Position numbers and translations under genes: made by a program. From NCBI RefSeq assembly GCF_006345805.1, contig NC_043012.1:49600001-49664000 (forward strand): DNA of 64,000 nucleotides. The letters run 5' to 3'. Positions within the stretch are counted from its first letter, which is position 1; each line of letters begins with the position of its first letter. This DNA comes from Octopus sinensis (lineage: Eukaryota). A model generated the notes under the pieces. That model was not told the origin of the DNA. It saw nothing but the letters and a program-made list of their open reading frames with translations, and did not search any database. Shown here piece by piece: positions 1 through 13,223 of the stretch.

Positions 1-384
1 AAAGTTTTCTTTAGATTATGTACCATTCAAAACTTCAGTTGTCAGTAAATGTCTGTCCCCGAGAAACTAAAATATGTTTGTCTTTACAGATTTTATATTT
101 TATTTCCTTTCACATTTTTGACAAATTTCTACGTCAAAACATCTACCAATCAAAGGAAAAGAAAAACATAACCTATCAACAACGTACATTGTAAAGAAAA
201 CATAACAAAAACGAATTGCATGGCAGAATAAATACTCACAAATAAAACAACAATAACAAGAACAAAATAAACATTTAAAAGAAAAAGAAATTTTCTCGAA
301 TGTCTTAAATATTATGAACTATAACAGTAAAATCAATTGCAAAAAAAACTAGCACCCAGACAAGTATGTTAATCTTAGATATGT

Positions 385-681
385 GTTATTGCTTCTGTAT
401 CGAGAGTTAAACGCTGTCGCTTTAGTGACGGAGATTTTGAATTGGACAAAGATCCCAGGAAAAATACTGACTCGGCGAACCGAATAAAACAATATAGCGT
501 TCCTTTGCATCGAGAGTTAATTAAAAAAAAAAAGGGAAAAGTGATAGCAGTCGCTTTTGCAACAGCAGCCTCGGTTGAGCAGAAGAAGGTTGAAATATTT
601 TCCCATAACTCGGACATAACACACTGTTATGTCCAGTCATTCAAGACAGACCAAAACAAAGGTGATTATCAGGTCCATTAG
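385..681 (+). mobile_element. Degraded mariner-like deletion derivative (tentative)
   Basis: Reading SVSRVKRCRFSDGDFELDKDPRK resembles the mariner N-terminal WFxRFxxGDFxLEDxPR, and the terminal DQNKGDYQVH* resembles the mariner C-terminus. No TIRs identified. Confidence 0.35.
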
Positions 682-688
682 ACAAGAT

Positions 689-910
689 CTGGCAGAAACG
701 TTAGCATGCTGGGCGAAATGCTTAGCGGTATTTCGTCTGCCGTTACGTTCTGAGTTCAAATTCCACCGAGGTCGACTTTGCCTTTCATCCTTTCGGGGTC
801 GATAAATTAAGTACTAGTTACGTACTGGGGTCGATGTAATCGACTTAATCCGTTTGTCGGTCCTTGTTTGTCCCCTCTATGTTTAGCCCCTTGTGGGTAG
901 TAAAGAAACA
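689..910 (+). mobile_element. tRNA-derived SINE, family A
   Basis: Head CTGGCAGAAACGTTAG, B-box-like GAGTTCAAATTCC, body GGGGTCGAT..; near-identical to copies at 5271 and 10724. Confidence 0.9.
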
Positions 911-939
911 GAGATTCATATGCTGGCCATTACCTTTGT

Positions 940-1384
940 ATTACGGCATGGACTAGCGGTTAGCGAAATTATGTTAAGGAGGTGGGGGATATGTGATCAG
1001 AAGGTATTATGAAATAGCAAGTCCTAATGAACCCGGACTACAGTAATGTGCAGTTGAGGGCACTAAAACACAAAGTGGCCTCAAACTAATGCTGCAGAGG
1101 GAAATGCTTAGTTGCTATACATGTAGGAGTATAAAGCAGACGAGGGCATATAACTCTGAAAAATGGAAATGATTAGGAATGCTGAAGGGAGGAGAAGCAG
1201 TGGTGAGTAACTAACGCTGAAAGAAGACCCGTTATTCATGGTCCAAATATTCGGCCAGGAAGAGTGGTCAATCTATGGCTGCAAGGGACGAGCCAACGAC
1301 GATTCTTTTACAAGAATACTGCTGGCAGTGGACTTCAAAAGTGTCGGCCTACTTGTTTTTGATACTGTGGTACATTTGGGGTTT
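940..1384 (+). mobile_element. Degraded LINE-like 3' end (clade uncertain, possibly RTE) ending in GGGTTTAAC+(TAC)n
   Basis: Non-repetitive, purine-rich segment ending GGGTTTAAC then a TAC array; the same terminus occurs inverted at 2341-2358. Confidence 0.35.
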
Positions 1385-1570
1385 AACTACTACTACTACT
1401 ACTACTACTACAACAACGACTACTACTACTACCACCACCACCACCACCATAACCACCACCACCACCACTACTACTACTACTACTACAAATACTACTACTA
1501 CCACCACCACCACCACCACCAATACCACCACCATCAATACCACCACCACCACCACCACCACTACTACTAA
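1385..1570. repeat. Compound (TAC)n/(CAC)n microsatellite
   Basis: Direct reading; explains the poly-T/Y/H/V/G ORFs. Confidence 0.95.
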
Positions 1571-1789
1571 AACGACAACAAAGCAACTGGTAAGTTTATT
1601 AACCCTGATAAAATAGGCTTAGGATTAAACGCTTTTCAATAGTCAACACCCAAGCGTTTAGACAGTTTCATATATATCTGATGTGTATTTCCGCTATATC
1701 CTAAGATATTTGAGTGTGGTTGGAGTGAGATTTGGCTACCATTTCTACGAAACTGTACTACCACGAGACAAGCTCGGAAACTAATTTCA

Positions 1790-1995
1790 AATCTTGGCGC
1801 AAAGCCAAGTTTGAGAGGAGTGGTTAGCCGAATATTTCGACTCCATTGCTTAACTGGTACTTATTTTATCGAGCATGAAAAGTTGTAAGGCAAAGTTGAC
1901 CACGGCGGAATTTGAACTCAGATCATAAAGACAGACGAAATACTACTGAGTATTTTCCCCCGCGTACTAACTATTTTGCCAGCTGGCCACCTTAA
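1790..1995 (-). mobile_element. Degraded SINE family A
   Basis: GGCAAAGTTGACCACGGCGGAATTTGAACTCAG matches the reverse complement of the family A core. Confidence 0.75.
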
Positions 1996-2234
1996 ACAGC
2001 CCTAATATTAGCTAGTGTTGTATCTTATGTTACCCTCTTTAACATTGTGAGTTCAGATTTAACATGTTCGGGTCAATGTTCACCTAGAGTCAACGTAAAT
2101 GAGTGCAGTCAAAAAACAGGAGTCGCCGAAGGAAATATAACCCTACCGCCGCTCAGGTTGGTTAAAAATGTTTCTACACGTGCAAGAAATAACCATTGTT
2201 CTGTGATATAGTGAGTCTGTTGTTGATTTTGTAG

Positions 2235-2242
2235 CTGTCGTT

Positions 2243-2279
<37 letters not shown>

Positions 2280-2307
2280 CAGCACCAGCAGCAGTAGCAG
2301 CACCAGC

Positions 2308-2349
<42 letters not shown>

Positions 2350-2350
2350 T
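2235..2350. repeat. (GTA)n/(GCA)n microsatellite
   Basis: Direct reading. Confidence 0.95.
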
Positions 2351-3290
2351 AAACCCAAGTTTTATCTATATAGGCAAAACTTATTCCGAAACACGTTCCA
2401 GCATTGACCATCTCATGATTTTCTCCTTTCATGACTATAGTAAGAGCATGTGAGGGATATTTGGCTGTTATTTCTCTCTGCTGGAGTGAACAGGTAGTGG
2501 CTTTTCCATGCCCGGAGACACTATTATACCATGTCGATCTAATTACATCACAGTCGTTACATGATGCACCTCTTCCTCTCCCAAACCCTAACTTCTAATT
2601 TTCACACTAACACATATAAATTAGTCTAGTACTGTGTCGAAAGAAATCAATGTTCCGCTGGATGTATTATTTATGAAGATTTCATAATCAATACACTTTC
2701 ATTGTGTTCTCTGTCTTGTAATGTCTTTTCTGTGTATTTTGAACTAGATTGCCTGCCATTTATTTTTCCTTCTAATTGTGATGTCTCAGTTGATTTTATT
2801 GAACAACTAAGGATTGGCGGAATGCTGAAAACGCTGGAGGTAAAAAAAAAATCCTACCCCTTGACTCACCCAGCAAATTCTCTGCAAAATTAACAAGCAA
2901 ACACCGCCAATCACTTGATTGATCTTAATGAAATCTAATCTCTTTTAAGAGCATGTTTCTAATTTCGCATATAGTCGGCTCTGATGTTATAACATTCCTT
3001 ATTCGCCAACACTAAAGTGGTTTCTTGTAGCTTCCTGTCGTTTTTCATAAAGTCTTAACATCTAGGAAATAGTTAATGGAGAAAGTAATGTTAAATCCCA
3101 ACACGCGAAGATTTATGATATAAATATAAAGCGATATTTAAAAGTGTGAATATAAGAGGTTTACTGGAGCCGAATACTCTCTATTCAACTTGCTAGATAT
3201 GGCAGCTCAACGTCCCTTGAATCGTATCCGAGCATACGTTGAATAGTATAGCTCCAGTCATGAATTTTCTTAAATTATGCGAAATATAAT

Positions 3291-3600
3291 GGGCGCATGG
3301 CTCTGTGGTTAGAGCGTTGAGCTTAAGATCGTGAGGTGGTGATTTCGAATCCTGGACCGGGCTGCGTGTTGTGTTCTTGAGCAAGACCCTTTATTTCACG
3401 ATGCTCCAGTTCACTCAGCTGTAGAAATATGTTGCGATGTCACGGGTGCCAAGCTATATCGGCTGTTGGATAACACTGGTGGCGTGAAGAGGGGAGGCCG
3501 GTGTGCATGGGCGACTGCTGGTCTTCCTTAAATAACCTAGCCCGGACTTGTGCCTAAGAGGGTAACTTTCTAGGTGCGATCCGAAGACCGAATGGGCTCT
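3291..3600 (+). mobile_element. tRNA-derived SINE with CORE-like domain, family B
   Basis: A box TGGCTCTGTGG, B box ATTTCGAATCC, then GTGTTCTTGAGCAAGACCCTTTATTTCAC..CAGTTCACTCAGCTGTAGAAAT, which resembles the MIR CORE; homologous to 41466-41766. Confidence 0.85.
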
Positions 3601-3887
3601 CAATATATCACGGGACAATTAAGGAAGTTCGACATAGTTCGTCGATCTGTCAGACATAACAGCCCAACCTATTTTACATCACATTCTACTGTCTTTTGAA
3701 AATCAAGGACACTTGAGATAATATATTCCTACATAGGTAACACAATAATCCGAAGAATATACTTTACAAACCAATGAAGATGCATCTACTTAGTTGTATG
3801 ATCTAATAAAAATAACAGTTCTCTCTCCCTCAAATTATACCCTACCGTTTTGGCAAAATCCCCAGATACTCTTAAAAACATTAATTT

Positions 3888-4090
3888 CAAATTTTGGCAC
3901 AAGGCCAGCAATTTCTGAGTAAAAGACTAGTCAGTTACATCAGCCTCACTGCCACTCTTTCTATTGAACCCGCGAGGATTAAAGGCAAATTCTGTCTCTG
4001 CGGTATTTGAACTCGGAATGCAAAGATGGACAAAATGCCGCTAAGCATTTTACCCGGCCTGCTAATGACTCAGCCAGTTCGTTGCCTTAA
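3888..4090 (-). mobile_element. Degraded SINE family A
   Basis: GGTATTTGAACTCGGAA..GCTAAGCATTTT..CAGCCAGTTCG. Confidence 0.75.
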
Positions 4091-4134
4091 TAATATTCAA
4101 AAATATTATCTCGTATACAAAACGGTGAACCCTC

Positions 4135-4322
4135 CGAGAAAAAATGCTTAGTGACATTTCGGCCGTCTTTAAGTTCCGAGTTCAAATTCCACGGAGGTTA
4201 ATTTTTGCCTTTCAATTCTTTCGGGGTCGTTAAAATAAATATCAGCTGAGCACTGGGATCGATGTAATTGACTTCCTCCTACCACGTAAATGCTTGTCTT
4301 GTATGTAAATTAGAAACCAATA
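4135..4322 (+). mobile_element. Degraded SINE family A
   Basis: AAATGCTTAG..GAGTTCAAATTCC..TTCGGGGTCG. Confidence 0.75.
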
Positions 4323-4774
4323 ATATTATCCTAAACAGACATGCTTATGAAAAGCATTAATTGACAAAGTCAACCAACAACAGGTCTACAAGTATTCGTT
4401 AAATTTCGAAGTGGCTGTTGAAACCTTTCAAATCACACGTAACGATCTTTACAAAGACGGGAAAGCGTTTTGAATTACGTACATCTATACAGTATGGAAA
4501 CTATGGATAGCATAGTAAAGTATAGAACGGTTTGGATTATAGATTTATGTGATCAGGACTGAAAAATGTCTAAATAACAAGGAAAACAATAATCTCATCT
4601 ATTGAACCGCTTCTCTGTAAGCGAGCATTGTTTTTTTCTTTTGGAGTGAGGTTTAAGTCGATTACATCGATTCTAGTGCTTAACTTGTACTTATTTCACC
4701 GACTCCGAAAGGTTTAAAGGCAAAGTTGACCGTAGCAGAATTTGAACTTATAACGTAAAGAGTGACGAAATACC

Positions 4775-5007
4775 TATTTCTTTACTACCCACAAGGGGCT
4801 AAATACAGAGAGGACAAACAAGGACAGACAAAAGGACTAAGTGGATTATATCGACCACAGTACGCAACTGGTACTTATTTAATCGACCCCGAAAGGATGA
4901 AAGGCAAAGTCGACCTCGGCGGAATTCGAATTCAGAACGTAGCGGCAGACGAAATATTCCTAAGCATTTCGCCCGGTGTGCTAACGTTTCTGCCAGCTCG
5001 CCGCCAT
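4775..5007 (-). mobile_element. SINE family A, near full length
   Basis: Reverse complement of the consensus from GGCGGCGAGCTGGCAG to GTAAAGAAAT. A further degraded partial copy lies at ~4640-4770. Confidence 0.92.
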
Positions 5008-5270
5008 AAAAAATATTACGCTTAATCGATGTAGGTGAAATTCGAACCTGTACGGAAATATTCCACTGGATTTCAATGTTCAACGACTACAGCTAGGTCT
5101 ATGTAGGAAATATTGAAATTGTTATTAAGAGCAAACGAAACATTTGTGACGAACACACCTATCACCACAATTTACAACATTGCAACTACGATGTAAGAAA
5201 TGGAAAATTAATTGGTGTCTTTCAGTGCCAGAAGTAACTCTCAAACTCTCTTTAAGAAGTAACTCTTAAA

Positions 5271-5502
5271 AGCGGCAAGCTGGCAGAAACGTTAGCACGC
5301 CGGGCGAAATGCTCAGCAGTATTTCGTCTGCCGTTACGTTCTGAGTTCAAATTCCGCCGAGATCGACTTTGCCTTTCGTCCTTTCGGGGTCGATTAAATA
5401 AGTACCAGTTACGCACTGGGGTCGATATAATCGACTTAATCCGTTTGTCTGTCCTTGTTTGTCCCCTCTGTGTGTAGCCCCTTGTGTTTAGTAAAGAAAT
5501 AT
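5271..5502 (+). mobile_element. SINE family A, near full length
   Basis: GCGGCAAGCTGGCAGAAACG to AGTAAAGAAAT. Confidence 0.92.
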
Positions 5503-5927
5503 ATATAAAACATTAAATTTCGATTTCATTAGTGTGTAAATTCGAGCAAAAGATGACCGAGCAAAACTGCAATTTGGATTTTGGTAACCTTTCATTATAT
5601 CACATAAAAGGGTGCAGAGACAGATTGACGTATGAAACATATAATCAAGCCCTCAAACATAGGGGTCAAGTTATGGTAAAATGAGTTTTTATAGAAAGAC
5701 ATATTTGACTTTTACACTTGTGTTCTATCAACACTATAGTGATTCCATCTAGGAGACAAAATTACTGACAAAAAGGTGATGGCTGAAAAATTTAAAATAG
5801 TTTTACATACTCAAATATTTAAAGTTAAACAAGTAATTAATTACACATATTTCTCACATTGCCTTTCGCATTCACTCCAGTTTTGAAAATCACGCTATCT
5901 CTCCTCTCTCTCTCTCTCTCCCTATAT

Positions 5928-5971
<44 letters not shown>

Positions 5972-6639
5972 TATATACGTATATATGTATGTGTATATAT
6001 ATATATACATACATACACACATACATGCAAACATACACATCAAATTGATGATCACATTTTCGTTAATCATATACGTATTACGGGTATTTCATTGAAATTA
6101 CTCTGATGTATCAGGGAATAACTTAGAAAGAGATCACGTTATGAAGTCACCGAAGAGTGCAATTGATAATAGTAAAGAAAAATTATATATTATATGTGTC
6201 TGTGTATGTGTGTGTGTATATGTGTGTGTATGTGTGTGTATGTGTGCGTGTGGGTGTAAATGGACATGTCAAGTGTGAGTCAGAAATACTAAATAGGAAG
6301 CCTTACTGGAAACTGAATTATTACAAATTGTCAATTTAAATTTCTTATTCAAGATCAACAGAAAATAGCCATGAGAATGTTTTATGTGTACACATAACAC
6401 ACACACACACACAGATACACACACACAGATACACACACATAGGGAGAAACACACACACACACAAGAATGCACACATGAACACCCACACACACACGTAAAC
6501 ACACAAATAAACAAACATGTACATCAACTCTAACTATTGAAGAGGTTAGTCACAGGACAAAACAATAATAAAAAAACTGCTCGACGTGAAAGAGATTATG
6601 TCGCATGGTGTTGCATTTGTTTGCAGTGCAGGTGACAAT

Positions 6640-6733
6640 GACGATGATGATGATGGTGCTGGTGCTAGTATAAGTAGTAGTAGTAGTAGTAGTAGCAGTA
6701 GTAGTAGTAGTAGTAGTAGTGGTAGTAGTAGTA
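6640..6733. repeat. (GAT)n/(TAG)n microsatellite
   Basis: Direct reading. Confidence 0.9.
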
Positions 6734-6939
6734 ACGCATATTTTCTGCTTTCGTGCACTACACCCATGCCACATGAACTTATCTATATGATGTGGCTGAA
6801 ATTTTTCAATGGGATAAACTTGGCCTAGACATTCAATCTGTTCAGTTCCGCAGAATATTATTTTCTCTTTCACTTTCTCACACTTACATATGTTGAGACA
6901 GTGACACATCTACACGAACATAAATGTCTACGTGTTTAT

Positions 6940-6983
<44 letters not shown>

Positions 6984-7739
6984 ATACGCATCATGCATAC
7001 ATAAATACATACATACATACGTATGTGCATACAAACTTATGCAATTTTATATTTCAGCCTCAGGATATTATTAGTTAAGGAACAAAAACTGGTCGCAATA
7101 TTTTTATATTTCACTTTAATCATCCTTCATTTCATTATTTAGCATATATGCATATATGACGTAAATTCTAGAATATGTTCATGCAATAAGCGACAAAAAT
7201 AGGATTCACAAAAAATTGAAACAGTCAGATTGATCTGAGTTTTAAACAGTTTTCTTTTTCGTTTTCGTTATTATATTGTGTGATGCTGAACATTGCATGA
7301 AAAACTTGTTAACTGACATGGATCATTGAATTTGATCCAGCTAAGCATTGCACTGACCTTGAAGCGGAAAAGGAATCGCTCAAGAAAAGTAAGGATTAAA
7401 TAAAGAATGAAACAAATATAAATACCAAGGATAGCAGAAATTCAAGGAAAGAAAATAAAAAGCACAAAGGTTATGTGCAAGTGAATTGTAAAAAAAAAAA
7501 TTGAAGTGAATAATACGGCAGAGCAACAAGAGTAGCGACAAGAAAATTGTCTAAAAAATATATGTATCTTACAAGCATGGAGAGAGACACCAGTGGAGCT
7601 TAAAATGAATTTTATAACATGTATGCAGTAACAATACCGCTTTATATGTTTGGACATCTCATTTTACATATTTATAGTTTAGACATTTAAGTTTGCTGCT
7701 CAGGATCTTCTCCCATTTACGCCAATATGTATGCGTGAG

Positions 7740-7844
7740 TTTATACATACATACATACATACATACATACATACATACATACATACATACATACATACTT
7801 ACATACTTACATACATACATACATGCACACACACACACAAACAC

Positions 7845-7875
<31 letters not shown>

Positions 7876-8165
7876 CGTATATATATATGTATACACATAT
7901 ATATAAATATACGTATACACACACATATATATATATACATATATATACATGTATACACATACATATATATACATATACTGTATTTATATTCATATATATA
8001 TATATATATATACATCTTTATATATATTTGTGTTTATATATATATATATATTCACACACATATATGCATGTATTCGCACACACGTACACACACTCTCACA
8101 CACACCAACACACGCACTTCAATATGTACGTGTATATGCATATATAACTCTGTATCTGTGAGTAT
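7740..8165. repeat. Compound (TACA)n/(TA)n/(CA)n microsatellite
   Basis: Direct reading; source of several spurious H/T/Y/I ORFs. Confidence 0.95.
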
Positions 8166-8484
8166 ATATATGCATGTGTGCCTGCAAATATGTATATTTG
8201 TGCGTTCGTAGGTGTTTTCTATTCAATGGTTCAACAAGCAAATCCGAAGGCTTCTTGGTTAATTTTCTTAATATATTCTTGGAAATTTCAATTGCAGTCG
8301 TTCTTTTTCTTTTTGAAAGTGAACAAATTTAAAAAAAGAACAGTTTTCAGTAAATATCAATAATAAAGTCTAATATTACCAGCTTTCTTCCCGAAATTGC
8401 GTGAAATGTCTGATGTCACGTTCCTTCTTCACAACGCCTTTTTTTTTCTTTTTGCCGAAGCTCAAGAAAAAATGTAAGTATTAT

Positions 8485-8580
8485 TATTGTTGCTGTTTTT
8501 GTAGTTGTTATTATTATCATTATTATTATTATTATTGCCTTTCTGAATATTTTCGTTATTGTTGTTGTTATCCTCATGGC

Positions 8581-8659
<79 letters not shown>

Positions 8660-8660
8660 C
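8485..8660. repeat. Compound (TAT/TTG)n, (CAG)n, (TAG)n microsatellite
   Basis: Direct reading. Confidence 0.9.
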
Positions 8661-9027
8661 CGCAGTAGCACCATTTATTTTCATATTATTAAAGATAAAA
8701 TATGGCAGAATTTTTACTTAACAACCGAATAAGCAAATAGGAAAGGAAAAAAAAAGAACGGTTAAGAAAATTAAAAGTAATTTACTTTCTTTTTTCTGAA
8801 AGATTTTTATCATCACACCTTTTAGCATTATATAGAATTGAAAGAAAGAATTTTGAATTATTTGTTTACGTAAGTTTTTACTTTATTTCATCAATGTAAT
8901 TTATATATTAAAAAAATCAACCGTGTCACTACACACCTGCAAATCCGTTTGCATGAATAATATTTTTCTTTTGTATTCCTGTAATTTCATAAACACAGAG
9001 ATGGATAGACATGCGACTATATATATA

Positions 9028-9085
<58 letters not shown>

Positions 9086-10723
9086 ATAAGTATATGCGTG
9101 CTTGTGTGTTTATGTGTGTACAAATGATATTGTTATGAATATTTTAAGCATTTTTCAAAATATAAAGCAAAATCCACAGTATGCAGAATTTTCAGTGAAT
9201 TAAACTTTTCCATATTCTAGCTTCGATGGAATAAGACACACAGACCAGTGTATAGAGATACACCTACACTCAAACACAAATATGCACATGTGAACTATAT
9301 ACTTACACATATCTTTATTACTCACACAGTAGCATAATGTATGTGTGTATATATATATATACACACATTTATATGCATATATACATGCATATATGTACAA
9401 ACTTACATATACATGTATATACATATGCATATATGGGTACAGGACGTCATCAAACGTAAGCAACATGGAATATGCAGTTTTATTTTTTGCGAACAATGAA
9501 ATGTCATGTCACCGTTTAAATGAATTCGCACTGAGCACTAAAAAGGAAATGGTCATGTGAAACATATCGTGATGGCTAGCAAATAAATCACAATTTCAAG
9601 TATTTTACCGGGGCTTTATATTTTAATCCATTCCAGAGACCAGAATGTTCTATTTCGTAGTGTGATAGATCCGGCGGGATTGTGTTATGGAAATGTACAA
9701 AAGTGCCAGTCGTCAATTAACGAGCTATGTTTAATTTTCACTCCTCTTGGTGGGACACAATGAAGGTTGAAATTGAAGTTAATTACTCGACATATATGAA
9801 TGATCTTCAACAGGAAGCCTATTTTTATAATGAATTTACATCCGTTTCGTCGACTCCCAAAAGCTGCGAGTAGAAAATGAAACACTTTTTTATTAAATAT
9901 AACTATAAAAATATGATCGATTAAATTAATGTGGTAGCTATATGGTTAATAGACACATGACTTCGGATTATTTTTAGATATCAAAACCAATATTACCAGA
10001 TCCACATATGCTCTATGATTTGAAGCTTTTTGATGTTCAGTATGACGTTAACCAGTATGTGTACTGGTCCTTAAAACTAGGCAACTGTGTTAGCATAACA
10101 AACATGACTTAGAAGGCTCAAAAGTAACGTTTAAAAAATAGAATGGGACCACGAATGATATTAGATATTATCGAGTTGGCAATAATTCCCCTGTGCAGCC
10201 ACAGCAATGAAGCAAGAACGTTTTTAGTAAACCAATGCTTGTTACAGTCAGGTTCTAGATTTAAAATGAATTTGCTTTACGTCGCTATTATTCGCAGCAA
10301 AGGAATATTCAGCAAATCATTCCGTTTTCCTTCCTTAAAAATCTGCTCTTTTGTGTTTCATAAGATGAAACATGATAAATTTCTGCATAATGCACTTATT
10401 AATGGTGTTAAAATATTATTCAACAACTAAACGAAGTGTTGATGGTTCGCGGTCGTCTAATTATGTGAGATCTAAGTAGGTATGATGGTTAAATGCAAAA
10501 GGCAAAAAGTGGAAGTCGGAGCCTTCCCAATGGAAAAATATATTGTTCGATTATAAATGTTACATCCCGTTCCCGAATTGTGTATCATAAAGATATAAAA
10601 CTTCTCCAGGATATCTCTCTGATTAGAATATGAAATATTCTCAAACAAGCTGGCATTATAATTAAACTCTACATTTGTTTCAGACTTTTGTTATGCATGG
10701 TGGAAACCGTATGGTCCATTGAA

Positions 10724-10953
10724 GGCGGCGAGCTGGCAGAAACGTTAGCACGCCGGGCGAAATGCTTAACGGTATTTCGTCTGCAGCTACGTTCTGAGTT
10801 CAAATTCCGCCGAGGTCGACTTTGCCTTTCATCTTTTCGGGGTCGATTAAATAAATACCAGTTACGCACTGGGGTCGATATAATCGACTTAATTCGTTTG
10901 TCTGCCCTTGTTTGTCTCTTTGTGTTTAGCCCCTTGTGGGGAGTGAAGAAATA
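10724..10953 (+). mobile_element. SINE family A, near full length
   Basis: GGCGGCGAGCTGGCAGAAACG to GAAGAAAT. Confidence 0.92.
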
Positions 10954-11746
10954 GGAAACCGTATAGCCCATGTTCAAATTGTCTTATATTACTATCTGCC
11001 AGCATATGGCTACGATAGCGAAGGGCTCCACGGCAGTGAAGATCATTGGAGCAATTTCAGTAAATATATGATAAATGAAATGCATAGATTGACTACAGAT
11101 GTGAATTACTTCACAGTTAATTGAATATTCTTTACCCGTATACTAATTACTTATTGAGTAATATTTAGCGTCACTTTTGATAGTGTATTTAATTCACAAT
11201 AGAATAAACGTAAGTCTCTCATCTAGTAAGTATCTTCTATCCCATTTAGACATAAAGTATAAAAGAAAACAGAACGATAAAGAAAAGAAGAAACAGTCAT
11301 ATAGTTAATTGGTGGCGGTGATATATTAGCGATTGTCAATTAGGAGACGGTTAAAGAATTAGAAGAAATCACTCTCTTGCGAGTAATTAAAATAAACCCC
11401 TCCTAGGCTATGAATCAATTCGTATGGTAATAAAAGTATTCCAGGAAACATTTAAACTGGCTTCACATAAATTATCGCCACCCAAGCCACGCAGAGACAA
11501 TGGAATCGTAGAATGGGTAGGATCGTCAAATTAATATCGCATTATCTTAACAACTGGCTTCTAGTGTCTTAGATGTTACCGGAAGGAGGTTTTCGATTCG
11601 AAACGAGGTTTTTCTTTGTCATTATAAGCAAACGATGTATGTTCACCTGGCTTGCTTGATTCAATGACATTTTAGTAACGTGTTAACATTCTATAATCTC
11701 TGCGAACTTATGTGTAACATTTGATTGGTCAAAGTAAAGCACAGGA

Positions 11747-11766
11747 AATATGGCGCCCTCTAGGCG
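11747..11766. promoter_or_regulatory. CTCF-like core motif overlapping a YY1-like motif
   Basis: TGGCGCCCTCTAGGCG (reverse CGCCTAGAGGGCGCCA) fits the CTCF core. AATATGGCG fits YY1 AANATGGCG. An ATTGG box lies at 11724-11728. Confidence 0.3.
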
Positions 11767-13223
11767 TCTCTCTTTAGATTAACAATACTTTACGGAATAG
11801 ATTGTTACCGACAATTTCTCTTTTCTTCCAGACGAACTAACAAGGAACTATAAACGATGTTCGACTATATTAACGAGTTTCTATGCCAGTGTCTTTGATT
11901 GAATTAATAAAATTAACACGACTTTAGAATGTTTGATGAAATCAAGACAGCGTTTGTCGTAGCAACTTGAAAGAACATTTTCATATGAGTATACAAGCAG
12001 CTAAGTGTCGAATTGTAGGTGCTTGATAAAAACTGTAATTCAAATTGTAGATTATAGTACCCAGTTAGAGGAAGATGCCTATTTCAAACAGGAAACTACT
12101 TCATTCAAATATAATCGGCAGATCTGCACGGGAACAGTGCTGCTTTACATCTGAAACAGTCAATTCTTGAAAATTATCCATCAGATTCCATAAATTTACT
12201 TAAAATATTATACTAAAATCACATTAAATGACTATATGCTCATACATAACTTATGTGTATGTTCACAACATTGTACTTAATATCTATAAAGACTTGTAGT
12301 AATGGCAACTTCAGCATCGTAAAAGATACATATTATTGTCATTTAATTGAAACATTTGTTAAATGATTAAAATGACCATAAAAGCTACCAGCTGTTTGAG
12401 TAATTATATCAAAAGACTTTTACTATACGACTGATTTCCTTTATTTTTTTTTTGCTTACCTGATTCACAATGTTAATCTGCTGAGTTTTCGTTTGGCGTT
12501 AACTTGAGCAATTTCTGCTTGCGGTTCCGTTTCCTTTCCAATATTATGGCATATTTCAACAGCTTGACGTTTCAATCCTCTATACAACACAGTGGAGATA
12601 TTTCAACTTGAAACTACTCCAGAGTGTTCTGTTTAAGACAAAATGAGTAACTATATTCGGAAATCGATATAGCTCTAAATTTAATGAAAACGCAGCAGAA
12701 ATTGTAGCAATTTGTATTAATCGTTAATTGCAACAGTACAGAGTTCATGGTAACAAGGCAACTTGGTACGAACATTTTGAATAGGAGATTGAAGCCTGGC
12801 ATATTCATCCTTTGCAGTTTACAACATTAATCCATTAAGTGTGTGTTTAGCTGCAATCATCAGTATTTTGATATTTTGCATTAAGCAAACTTGCTCATTA
12901 AGACTGTTACTAAGTAAGTATAAACGTATGGTTTCTCGACTGCATTTCTCTCGCAAGATGTTAATCGTCTCAAGGATAAAAATACAATGCACTTTCCCCA
13001 AATGCAACATAGTGGAATCGACTCAGGGGCCACAATATTACAAAGACAATATCTTAACTATGGACGTTGTAGAAATTCTCCATTGGACGTAGAGTTTTTT
13101 GAAAAAATAATTTATGAGCCATATCATAATATAATACCTCAACAAAGATGTTTTGCCACTTGTACACACTTGAGTCATATCAATTTTATTGGTAATAACT
13201 GTGTTAATACATATTAAAAGTTT

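Noticed and set aside
3291-3370. tRNA genes (also 41690-41766 and other SINE heads)
   Set aside because: A and B boxes are present, but they continue into SINE bodies and no full cloverleaf could be built.
8578-8660. (CAG)n tract as a poly-Q/poly-A coding exon
   Set aside because: It runs directly into (TAG)n, with no credible splice sites or flanking coding sequence.
9770-12110. Peptide resemblance between NYSTYMNDLQQEAYF (~9780-9830) and DYSTQLEEDAYF (~12050-12085)
   Set aside because: Short, gapped and with little DNA similarity; compatible with chance.
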